DNA of 64,000 bases from Rhynchobatus australiae (taxonomy: Eukaryota), in contig JAUZTB010000066.1 in assembly GCA_034780895.1 (NCBI GenBank), positions 22,746,764 through 22,810,763 on the forward strand. The letters are read 5' to 3'. Below the pieces are notes generated by a model. It saw only the letters and a list, made by a program, of their open reading frames with translations. It was not told where the DNA came from and ran no database searches. Position numbers and translations under genes: made by a program. Position 1 is the stretch's first letter, and every line of letters begins with the position of its first letter. Shown here piece by piece: positions 53,236 to 64,000 of the stretch.

Positions 53236-54744
53236 TGAAGATTGTGCAGAAGAAAGATGAATGATTTAAGGCTATTATCAGGCCTCAAGAGCACTCTTGG
53301 TTCACAGTTGAATGAGAAGTAAGACGAGGAGCTGGGTTTCGGTGTCCCACGTTTAAACAATAGCTGAAGAACCACACAGCTCTGACCTCGGGCAGTAATT
53401 CATGACTTACCTTGCTGTTATGTCTGGTACAAATACACAGAGGAAAAGAGTCAAGTTTACATAAATGGCAGATGTGGCTCTCTGTCAGTTTGTAATTTGA
53501 AAGTCACATGCATTCAGAGACCAAATAGTATCATCAGGAAGAAAATTGTTGTTTCATTTTTGGGAACTTAAAGGTTGAAATTGAGACTCTACTTGATAAT
53601 AGCTTCCCCTTCCTCAGAAAGGGTCCAAAATGAACAGAATTAAAACAACCTCAATTGAATTTCAGGTGGTGCAAATCAACAGCAGTTTGGGATCTGACCA
53701 GAATGGCTGATCTGTGAAGGTGGGGTTCTCACAGAAGATTAAGACAGATCCAAAGGGCAACAAAGAGGAATGTTTACTGCCTGCACAGAGTGCATGGTGC
53801 TCAGATGAACATCGAGGGTGGGAGGTAGAAATTTGTCTTCCACAGTGGTGCAAAATGGCCTTCTCAAATCAGCTGCTGCTGTGCACACCACCTGATACAG
53901 TCATACCTACATTGAGGAATCTTCAATTTTTGCTAAATTTCAATGTAAGCCAAAATCACGACTTTTAGGCTTGGGACCATCGTTGCTGAGTGCTGCCTCA
54001 CTCATTCGCTCACACACTGACTCTTTCTGTCTTTTACTCCTTCACACACAATGTCTCTCTAATCAGGTACCCAATCCAGAAAGAAGAGAGGGTGACAGCA
54101 GAGGGTCAGTACCAACAGTGCAAAGGAAAGAGGGAGTACAAAGCGATTGGCACATGGATATTCTGGTCAGGGTTTGGGGACCATGAAGAGGTTTTTGGGA
54201 GTCAGCTCCTCTTGCCAGTAAGGGGCAGTTGGCAGGTTAGTGGGACTGGCTCCTGGGGACGGATCAAATCATGAATTAGGGCTGTGCCTCCACCACCCTG
54301 GGTATGAGAGAGAGCAAAGCATCCCTTCTCCTACCCCAAACCCAAGGTCATTACTGTTGAATGCTGCCCCCATTTGTACTGAAGAATGGTAAGTAATGGT
54401 AAGTAATGGCAACTGGTTATCAACAGGAGCAACAACTTCAAAATTAGCAGATATAAAATATTTTTAGGGAGTGTTGATGTTGTTTATGCTCAATATTTTC
54501 CACTACTTTGCCTGTTGAAACTCAGCCGCAATTTTCAAAGTTCATCTTGGAAATTAGGCAGGCCTTACGGAAGTATAATTCCACATCAGTCAGTGGAATT
54601 AAATATCAAGTGCCACATTTGTGAAGCAAAATAGTCAGCAAATGTATGTTAATTTAGAAGCTTACCTGTTCTTTTTCTCACCTGGAGATAGCCTCATCAA
54701 CAATTCAGCTTTCATCATCTCCACATGAAGTAGATTGAAAATCA

Positions 54745-54918
54745 AAAACTGCTCATTCTGGAAACCCGAAAGAAAAACACAAAGTGCTAGAAATAATCAG
54801 TGGGTCAGGCAACATGATAAAGGATCAATGGCCTGAAATATTATCTCTGTTTCTCTCTCCACACATGCTGCCTGAATTGCTGAGTGTTTCCATCATTTTC
54901 TGTTTTTTTTATTTCAGT
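54745..54918. mobile_element. Palindromic Penelope-derived element
   Basis: TCAGTGGGTCAGGCAACAT ... CCACACATGCTGCCTGAATTGCTGAGT arms. Confidence 0.65.
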
Positions 54919-55559
54919 GTGAACTAGGTTTAATTTGTATGATGGAGAACTACAAATTGTATAGTCATCAGCTTTGCTCAATGATTAAAGTAAAAATTAT
55001 GTCTTCTAAAATCAGATTGTTGAAAGCTTATTTCATTAATTTGTAACATAGTTTAATCTTACAGATATATTTTGGTTTGCAAGTTCTCTTTAGCAGAAGT
55101 GAAATAGTTTTCTTGGGAATATCCAGTTTCCTATGCATTCTAAAATCTCACTGTCAGACAGTATCATTGGCATTATCAAAGAATCTTCTCCTAAGTTGTC
55201 TAAATCCAGTGCCAGTATAAGTGTAAAAGTTCCTGTATAAATATCGACTCATTGAGTTAATATTCAGCTAAATATAATATAACTTCTGAGTAGTCCATTT
55301 GAATAATGAAGTATAGCATCAACAGAGCACAACCAGCAGAATCTAAGACAAGTTAACCATTCTCCCTCCCCCTGCAACCATTGTAACCAATGCCTGATTT
55401 TTAATTCCATTGCCATTAGTGCAGTTAAATATCAGGCAATGTGAATTAAGGGTGGATGATACACTACAGAATTACGTAGGATGAATCTTTCTCAGAGATT
55501 CATTGTGATCTCAACAATTAACCATAAAGTGATTTTTTTTCCCAATTTCTGTGCCTCAC

Positions 55560-56170
55560 TATGTTTGCTGTGGTTCACTTCTGTATCAGAAGCTTTTGGG
55601 TTCAAGTCCCAATCCAGATACTTAAGCACAAATATCCAGAATGATACTCCATTTCAATATAGAAGAAATATTGCACTGGTTAAGATGCCGTCATTCAGAT
55701 TAGCCATTAAATACGGGCTCTGTCTGTTCTCTGAGGTGGATGTAAAAAATCCCAAGGAATTATATGGAAGGGTGGTGGAATTCTCTCCACTGTCCTGGCC
55801 GGTATATAACCTTCACCCAGCATTTCTGTTTGTGAATCTTGTTAAGTACAACAAACAATCTGCTGGAGGAACTCAGCAGGTCAAGTAGCATCTATGGGGG
55901 AAAAGGAATTGTCAACATTTCGGGTCAAAACCCTGCATCAAACATTGACAATCCTCCCACAGATGCTGCTCGACCCGCTGAGTTCCTCCAGCAGATGGTC
56001 TATTGCTCCAGATTCCAGCATCTGCAGTCTCTTGTGTCTCCATTCCTAAGTGCAGTTTTGGCCACCATTTTTTCTACATTGCAAGAAGGAGGTGCCTCAG
56101 AAGTCTTGCATTTGCTGTAAATGCTTTGGGATATCTGGAAAGAAAGGTGCTATGCAAATGCAATTCTCAG
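55560..56170 (+). mobile_element. Deu-domain SINE interrupted by a Penelope-derived palindrome
   Basis: GGGTTCAAGTCCC B-box-like motif, Deu core AGGTGGATGTAAAAAATCCC...TGTCCTGGCC; resumes after 56045 with GCTTTGGGATATC...AAAGGTGCTATGCAAATGCAA. Confidence 0.75.
55848..56041. mobile_element. Younger-looking palindromic Penelope-derived element (second subfamily)
   Basis: ATCTGCTGGAGGAACTCAGCAGGTC...TAGCATCT pairs with AGATGCTGCTCGACCCGCTGAGTTCCTCCAGCAGAT. Minus strand: TGATGC-AGGGT-TTT-GACCC-GAAATGTTGAC. Confidence 0.8.
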
Positions 56171-56579
56171 TTTAATAAATCATTCCTGACTTTGGATGAG
56201 GATGGAAATGGACAACTGGGAAAACTTGAGAATGGAAGCTAGGAAGAGAGGGGAGCGATAGGGTAGCTTCACTCACAAAGAATAATTTCAACAGAGTAAC
56301 TGCACTACAGAACAGTGGAAGACCACTTTCTAAATAGTGTTCCGGATTTTGAATTTCAAACCAGCAAAATAAAAATGAAAGGAAGCCTTTTCTCCCCTCC
56401 TCATTCTAATATGCAGGAAGCGGAATGGCAATGTCTAACAAAGTTTTTATTTTATCTTGGGCCTCTAGCCGCAAGCTCCATTTTCATTGCATCCCCTTTC
56501 ACCTTCTTTTTATTGCCTTTGCCTATTCATTCCTTTCATTTTTTTTGGTTAGACCAGCTATTTGTTTCGGACCCCAGAG

Positions 56580-57020
56580 GCGTTCACAAGCACTAGGTTG
56601 TTAATGGCAATCAAACGCTTTCACACTTAAGGCAGAATGTTTGATTTAATCGCAGAGCTGTCTATTATTCTGCTGCACTATTCCATGGAGGCAGCCTTCT
56701 GATCAAATGCTCACTCCCAGGAGCATAGGTTTTTTTTGTTATGTCTAAATCCTCAGTACAAATTGCAGTATTCCTGTGCTCCCAGTGGGATTCATTACTG
56801 CCTGTGGGGCATTAAAGATCATTAATAGTGCTGTCAGAGAAGCTAGCCAGTTGCTTAGCTTCTCATAAATGGGAAATTAATACATCTGGTTCATTAATAA
56901 TGCCTTGTGTTTGATGTTTGTTGGCTGGCAGCTTTAATGATGTAGGTCTGGGGCGACAGGGCGCTTCACCAAGTTAGATTTTCCAATTAGCCAGCCCTTT
57001 TTTTTCTCCTCTCTTCCAAA
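56580..57020. promoter_or_regulatory. Candidate conserved non-coding element
   Basis: TE-free; TTAATGG (56601), TGATTTAAT (56642), CTGTCA, and repeated ATTAAT/CAATTA. Inference only. Confidence 0.35.
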
Positions 57021-58584
57021 GAATCAGTCCTCAATTATCACTTCTGTGTAAAAAAAATTGGGGTGTGGTAGAAGCGGGAATGTGATGACAACAATTTACA
57101 CTCTTACCATTTGTCCATTAATCTTAGTTCTTCCCGGAACCTTCCTTGCAAAATGTTCCAGGGAAACAGTTTCATCAAAGAAAATATTTCATTTGTTTGC
57201 AGCTCAAAGGAAACACGTTTCATTTGTACAATACCTCTACTGTGATAAAATGTTTCAAGCATCTTTTGTGAATCAAGAGGTGATTGAAGAAATAGGGTTG
57301 CTATACCAACTGAGCCTTTGTTATATCCAGCCTTGCCCTGGTCTCCTGGCCAAAGTCCCTGGGAGATCCTTCATGTATATCGGAGTGTCATAGCTTGCTG
57401 CTGTAGAGGCAGCTACGATGAGAATGGGCCATCATTCATCTACTGCTAGGATGTGCATTTGCCAAGGACGTCTGGAAAGAGGTGCAATGGTCTTTATCAA
57501 GGTTCATCCTTTTCAGCTGCTTTACACATGACAGTGTTCAATGAGCTGTTCCTTGGGACACATACTGAGGTAAACATCAACTGCTTCTGGAAGACCATCC
57601 ACTTGGTGAAAGATTTTGGTCTGCCCAAAACTGGTGTTCCAGTGCAAGTGACTGCTACAGGCTGGCACTCTAAGATCTAGGACTACATGCTGAAGTGTCT
57701 GTTGAAGTTTGGTGCATTGGTCAGAAAGGGTCTAAAGGGAAAGGCCACATTTTATGGTCCCCCCTTGCATTATACACTGATAGTCTGGGCTTGTGTGAAA
57801 ACCCTGTGGACTGTCACACTCATGCAATGTAAATGGGAAGGCATGGGTTGCACTAAAAACAGTGACATGAATGGCTGTGATTATATACACATCCAAACTC
57901 TATGAATAAACAAACACATTAGAGACCTGTAAAAAGAAGCTTGAGCTTATCCAAAACTCTGTTGGCCATATGCAAATCCATATCCATTCTCCAGTTCCAC
58001 TTGCCTACTTTGGCTACCAGTTTAATAGTGCCTCAACTAAAATACTAATTTTTACATCTAATTTCTTTGAAAGCCTATTCTTTTCTTCCTCAGTAACCAC
58101 CTCCATCCCTTTATGAGCTCTGTGCTTCTCTGCTTTTGTTATTTTGCATGTCTCTGATTTTCTAATCTGCACCATTGGTACCTTCAGCTTCCTCAGCCCT
58201 AACTTTTGCAAATCCCTCCTGTGGGAATGACGGATTCATTGTTCTGCCAGGCTCTTTTTAGGATACAACTCATGAATCTCACGTTAGCAATACAGACTTT
58301 TACAGTGGGTTCCCCTTCACATTACCAGTGTAATCCATTAGGTTCTTCTTGTAATTTATTGTGGAATATAAAAAAATCTCACTTGGAATATCAAGAGAAT
58401 ATACCCGTTTTTGTGGCAATCAGATCTCCATCTATCTGATGGGATACTACATACAATGCTGCAATGGTTAAGCATGTAACACAGCATGTGAGGATAGTAG
58501 TGATCCCACCAACTTTAAACATAATAGTTCATACACATGAGCCAGAATTCAATGTGAATGCATAACACCTCGCTAGACCCCAAA

Positions 58585-59085
58585 AAGCAAAGAAAAACTA
58601 CAGAATAAAAGCAGTTAATGCTGGAACTGCTCAGTAGATCAGGCAGGATCCATGGAGGGAGAAACAGAACCAATGTTTCAGGTTGATGTCTTTCATAAGA
58701 AAGAGGATAAGTTGGAAAGTGAACACATTTTTCAGTTGCAGGGATAGGGTAGAGGGGTGGAGAGGACACGGGATATCTGTGGCAGGGTGGAGATCAGGAG
58801 AGATTGAAAGAGATTGAAGTGATGGTGGTTCCGACTGAGGGAGGGTTGTGAAGGCTTGTTAATCACAGCTGATCTGTCTAGAGGCGAGGTAAGCAGAAGG
58901 AGATGATGAAGAACAGAAAATGGAGAAAAAACATTGGTGGATTTGTGAAATGAAAAACACTGCAGTTACTGGAAATCTGGAAACAAAAGACAATGCTAGA
59001 AATGCCCAGCAGAAGAGGAAAAAAACAGACTTAACAACATTTTGCTGACTTTTCATCAGAACTGACAAGTTCTGAAGGCTGGACT
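58585..59085 (-). mobile_element. Penelope pseudo-LTR, inverted relative to the element body
   Basis: Two repeat arms with a purine-rich spacer that mirrors 60680-61105; an intact AGTTCTGATGA lies on the minus strand at 59053-59063. Confidence 0.65.
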
Positions 59086-59149
59086 ACCCCATTAGACCAT
59101 TGCCTCAGCCTGTTCTTGACCCAGGAAACTTATTCCTTCCTACCTTGCA

Positions 59150-59822
59150 TACAAACATATGAATTAGGAGCAGGAGGAGCCACTTGAACCCCTGAGCCTG
59201 CTCCACCATTCAATAACATAGCTGAAATGATCATCTCAACTCCGCCATTCCACCTACTCCCTGTAACTATTCCCACCTTGTTTATCTATCTATCCTTGTC
59301 TTAAAGATATTCAAAGACTGTGCTTCCACCGTTCTTTGAGGAAAAGACTCCCAAAAACTCACAACCCCCCCCCAAGAGAAAATAATTTACTTCATCCCTT
59401 ATATTTATACAGTGACCCCTTGTTCTATATTTTCTGAATCTCATTCGCCCATATCCACCTAAGCAAGACTCCTCCAGATCTTAAATGTTTCAATCAAGTC
59501 ATCTCTCACTCTTCTAAACTACAGTGGAAACAAGTCTAGCTGATCCAACCTTTCCTCATAAGACATTTGAGATATCAGGCTAATAACAGCACTCAATCTG
59601 CACTCATACCAGTGTATATAGATCCTTCCCAAAATAAAGAGATCTATGTAGCACACATTACTACAGAGGTGGTCTTATCAAGCCCTATGTAGCTGAAGCA
59701 TGACCTTCCAATTTTTGTATTCAATTCCTCCAACAATAAACAATAACATTCTGTTAGCTTTCCTAATTTGTGGTTGCATGCAACCATTTTGAGAATCATG
59801 CATTAGGAAACTCAGATCCGTT
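59150..59822 (-). mobile_element. CR1 LINE 3' portion lying inside the Penelope structure
   Basis: Tail CATACAAACATATGAATTAGGAGCAGGAG...CCTGCTCCACCATTCAATA; body similar to the 15155-16130 copy. Confidence 0.8.
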
Positions 59823-59824
59823 TC

Positions 59825-60630
59825 CACCTCCATCCCATTTCAAGGAGATCTGAGGGCCTTTACTTCATGAGCAGAGTCCCTCTCCATCACCAATCTCCTT
59901 CACTTGGATGAACTCACTCACACCCTGACCAAGTTCTCATTCACTTCCCCAAGGTGCAGCCATGGGAACCCACAAGGATCCAACTTTTCTGAGATTTGTG
60001 GAAGAGTTTTTGTTTCAGTTCAACTCATCACCCCACCTGCCACTGACCTCTTCTGTTTTTGATACAGTGGAGCTATTTTCTGCACTCAAACAGAATTCAA
60101 ATGTTCCATCTTCTTTGCTGCTGGTTTTCGCACTGCTCTCACATTCATATGGTCCATCTCTGACTGTTGCCATCCCTGTCAGGACTTCTCTATTACCAAG
60201 GGTTAGTGATCATTATCCATTACAAACCACAGACTTCCACGGCAATCTTGACTGCAACACCCAGGCATGTTACTGTAAGGACTGCGTTCCATTCTCCCAG
60301 TGTCGAGGACTCCATTGTACCTGTTCTGACGGCACTTTTCCCTTCCCACCACCCAGGAACCCTAACATTCCTTCCAGGTGAAGCAGCAACTCTTTTGCAT
60401 GTCTTCTAATTTGGTGTACAACATTCAGCATTGAATATGTGGTCTCTTCTATATTATGAAATCCAAGCACAGATTGAGTGACCACTTCACAGAACACAAA
60501 GGTGACCTTTAGTTCCCCATCACTTCAGATGTCTATTTCACTTCCAATCTAAGCTCCCTTTCTTTGGTCTCTTATGCTATTCCAACAAAGCCCAATGAAA
60601 GCTCAAGGAACAGCATCCAATTTACAGCCC
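59825..60630 (+). mobile_element. Decayed Penelope-like retroelement ORF (RT remnant plus GIY-YIG endonuclease)
   Basis: TSIP..., GAAMGT (GxAMG), HYKP/TDFHGNLD...CKDCVPFSQ...CSD. Manual translation of 60372-60497 gives FQVKQQLFCMSSNLVYNIQH*ICGLFYIMKSKHRLSDHFTEH (GIY-YIG pattern). Stops and frameshifts are present and no intact catalytic DD motif is visible. Confidence 0.85.
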
Positions 60631-60679
60631 TAAGAGCTCAATATTGTCATCTAACCAGCCTTTTCAGTTTGTGTTGGAA

Positions 60680-61105
60680 CTGGCCAGTTCTAATGAAAGA
60701 TCATCAACCTGTAACACTAACAGTTGTGCTCTCTCCACAGATGCACCCTGACCAATTGTCTATTTCCAGCATTCTCTATTATTTTGGTTTTCCAACAATG
60801 GCAGTGTTCTGTATTTCACACTTCTGGCATTGATTTCATTTCTCTTTTATCTGTCTTCATTCAAATTCTTGTATTCATATCTCTTCCAGGCAGATCAGCT
60901 GCTATCAGCAAGAATTCATCACACTCTCTCAAGTAGTTTTGCCGCCTTTTCCATCATACAGATATTCTTCATTTCCACTCCACCACAGTTATTTGCTCCA
61001 CCTCTGTAATTTAAAGCATATTCCATTTCTAATTTTTGCAAATTTCGATGAATGATCATTGAGCTGAAACATTAACTCTGTTTCTCCCTCCACAGATGCT
61101 GTCTC
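60680..61105 (+). mobile_element. Penelope 3' pseudo-LTR with two decayed hammerhead-like motifs
   Basis: AGTTCTAATGAAAGATCATCAACCTGTAAC (about 60686) and TTCGATGAATGATCATTGAGCTGAAACATTAACT (about 61044), each followed by CTCCACAGATGC. Confidence 0.7.
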
Positions 61106-63340
61106 TGTTTACACCTCCTTAATTCTCGCCACCCTACTTTAAGTTACTCTTTCAACTTTTCACTTCTTTGATCAAGGTTTTTGACATCTGTCCTGAAGTC
61201 ACTTTGTGTGATTCAGTCAGCTCTTCTTTCTCATAATACTTTTGCAAAGCACATATTTTACTCTGTTAAAAATACTATACAGATGCCAAATTAACTGAGA
61301 GCAGAATCAAGAAGCAACTTTTAACAGGAGGAGAGGCTTCAACAATGGGACAGGATTTAAGAAGAGAGGTCCAAGTATTGATGGTTGAAAAATCTATCAC
61401 CAAAGAAACCATACTTGGAAAGAAGTGCAGGAGGTTCAGCTTAAAGGATCATGGACATTGGCTGTGATGGAGGGCTAGAGAAGGTTGTAGAGGAAGAATG
61501 CACATAGACCAAAGGTAGATTTGTGAAACTATATTTAAGAAACCCGATGAACAAGGCAGATTAGAACTGTAAATTATTCATTTTAATACATCAAAATGGT
61601 TTCATTTTCATTGATTTTCAATAATTCACGTTCCTAAGCCACATATTAAATACTTAGACATGAATGTGAGCATCAGTTCATTACTGTGACTGTTGATATT
61701 GGGAGTGTAAATTCCCCCTTTTGTTTTATTATCTCATTTTTTCGAGATGTAGACATGGTAGGCAAGGTCATCATTTATTGCCCAACTCTAATTGTCCTTT
61801 CAAAGTTTGTCATGAGCCACCTGTGGAATCCTGGTGAAGGCACATCCATGGTGGATCAAGAGTTACAGAATTTAGATCCATCCATAATAAGGAATAGTGC
61901 TAGAATTCCTGGTGCAGATGGATAACTTGGACAGAAACTGCAGTTGGTGATGTTTCCGTGTGCCTGATGCCATTACCCTTCTGCTGAGCAGGTCATGGGT
62001 TTGGGAGCTCCTGATATTGTTGCAGGATAATTCTGAGAAGGTTCCTTTCCAGATGATAATTTTTAAAAAGAAACTTTAAATATTAGTGATTTGTTTCAAG
62101 GAGGCTTTCACAGGATTTTTTCATCATTTCAATTTGAAAGATTGACCTTGAATACATTTGTAATAACCACAATCTGGGCCCTGCCATTTGAAGCAAAATG
62201 GTGGTCTTGTGGTAGTTAAATACCAGGACCTACAGCCGCCTTAAATTATGGTCGAGGTTGGCAGTGGAAATGTTTTCAGACCTGAATGTGGAACTTTATT
62301 CATCTCTTCTGTCTGCTGGGCTGGAGAGTGTAAATTGATAAACTTGTCCAGACAGCTAACTACCACAGGAATCCATCAGACATACTCAATGTTTCAAAGC
62401 CACAATGAGTCCAATTTAAAAATTGGCTTTTGTGGATGCCAGCAATTAAAAAAGACGTACTCTGAACTTAACCACTGGCTGGGTTGATAGAAAAGGGAAC
62501 CAGCTGAACATGTCACCATAATGGCAAACAGGTGTTCAAATATGGATTTAAAAAGGCCAGTCAGAATAAAAGGCTTGTTTTTAGGTTTTAAACTTTTAAC
62601 TCAAGCTTTTCTTTCACTGGGCTATGCAGTAATTTTTCAAATGGTAGCTGGTTCTTTGGAAGAAGTCAGATAGAATTTCTCAGCACTTTGCCCAGCTATT
62701 GACAATTGGGTTGAAAACGTGTAAATGAAATGCCAATGGCAAGTCCTGGAAGAGAGCAGAACTGAAAGGCAATTCATATTTTTTTTATGGTCATGGATTG
62801 AAATATATATTAATAATGGACTTTAAACAGAATTATAAATCAGTTCAGTTAGATGGCTCCTAAACAGAATTATTCATCTTACAAAAGAGTACTTCATGCC
62901 TGCTAGCAATAAACCATGTTTCACCTTCAAATTCACCTGTTGAAAGGGCAGGTCTCTCCTGGCAGAATTCCCTTGATTCATTATTGTGTGTTGCTTTATG
63001 AATTTTTTATTTTTTTATATATCAGGGTATGTGAATTGCTGTTTCAACTGCAAAGGCTAAGCCCTGACTCATAACATATCCCAGACCTCAGGAAGAATCA
63101 TTAAAACATGTCTCTGTAGGACTCGAGCTGCATTCAATAAAAGATATTAAAGCCTACCATTATAATGGAAGATTCACACTAATAGTACACTGAGAAACTA
63201 CAGATGTGTTCAATTACTTTTTTATCTAGTTAATAAGGAAATAATTTCTTTCTAAAGGGTTTAATGCATGTAGGTTTTAACTGGTGGTATTTTCAGTCTC
63301 TTGTGATATTTTACACCTGTTCAGACTGTAACCTTTATCG

Positions 63341-63515
63341 ACCATAAGATATAGGAGCAGAATCGGGCCATTTGGCCCATCGAGTCTACTCCTCCATTCG
63401 ATCATGGCGAATCTGTTTTTCCCTCTCAACCTCATTCTCCTGCCTTCTCCCTGTAACCTTTGACACCCTTATTCATCAAGAACCCATCAACCTCCGCTTT
63501 AAATATACCCAATGA
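63341..63515 (-). mobile_element. CR1 LINE 3' end, same subfamily as 22125-22527
   Basis: ACCATAAGATATAGGAGCAGAATCGGGCCATT...AAATATACCCAATGA closely matches the reverse complement of 22350-22525. Confidence 0.9.
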
Positions 63516-64000
63516 GACATCAGGCACATACATTGTGTACCTAGAATTTTGCTGTCACTATTTCAGAGGAAAAGAAATGCCTCATTTGAAGTGTGAAGCT
63601 CCTGCTGTCGACCCCTGCAGTATCTAAGCTCCTCGTTTCTCAGACAGTGGCGTGTTCAATAACAGCAAAGGTGCCACAAGATTGAATCTGCTATGATTTT
63701 ACAGAAAAACCATCTGAGGGCTCAACAGCGCGATCTTGATAAGATGTTTAGATGTAGAGCTTCAATTGAGCCAGTCCAAACAACATATACTGCTTTTTCA
63801 AAAAAAATAGTAAATCAAAGTCTATCTATTTCTTTCACATCTCTTCTGCAACGGTTTTACCAAATGTTTTGCTGTATGAGCAGTCAAGAACTGTACACAC
63901 TTATTTACTTGCACGTACCTTGTTGTTTGTAATAAATTAGTATAATCATCTCAGCTGCTTCTCAGCTAAATATTTTAGGAGCTTGCTTTACTTTCAGAGA

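Overview
AT-rich vertebrate genomic DNA. The repeat content (CR1, Rex1/Babar, V-SINE, Deu-domain SINE, Penelope) points to a cartilaginous fish (shark/ray). The assembly is fragmented, with about 20 N-gaps, several exactly 100 N and some with duplicated flanks. I find no host protein-coding gene, tRNA, rRNA or CRISPR array; the longer ORFs are transposon remnants, minisatellite read-through or N-gap artefacts, so the window looks intronic or intergenic. Main content: many decayed CR1 LINE 3' fragments, a Rex1/Babar 3' end, a split L1/Tx1-like ORF2 remnant, tRNA-derived SINEs, a decayed Penelope-like element (RT + GIY-YIG) with mirrored terminal repeats, about a dozen short palindromic Penelope-derived elements whose centres look like decayed back-to-back minimal hammerhead ribozymes, several minisatellites, and TE-poor, homeodomain-motif-rich islands that may be conserved enhancers. 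All family calls come from reading motifs by eye, not database searches, and repeat boundaries are approximate.
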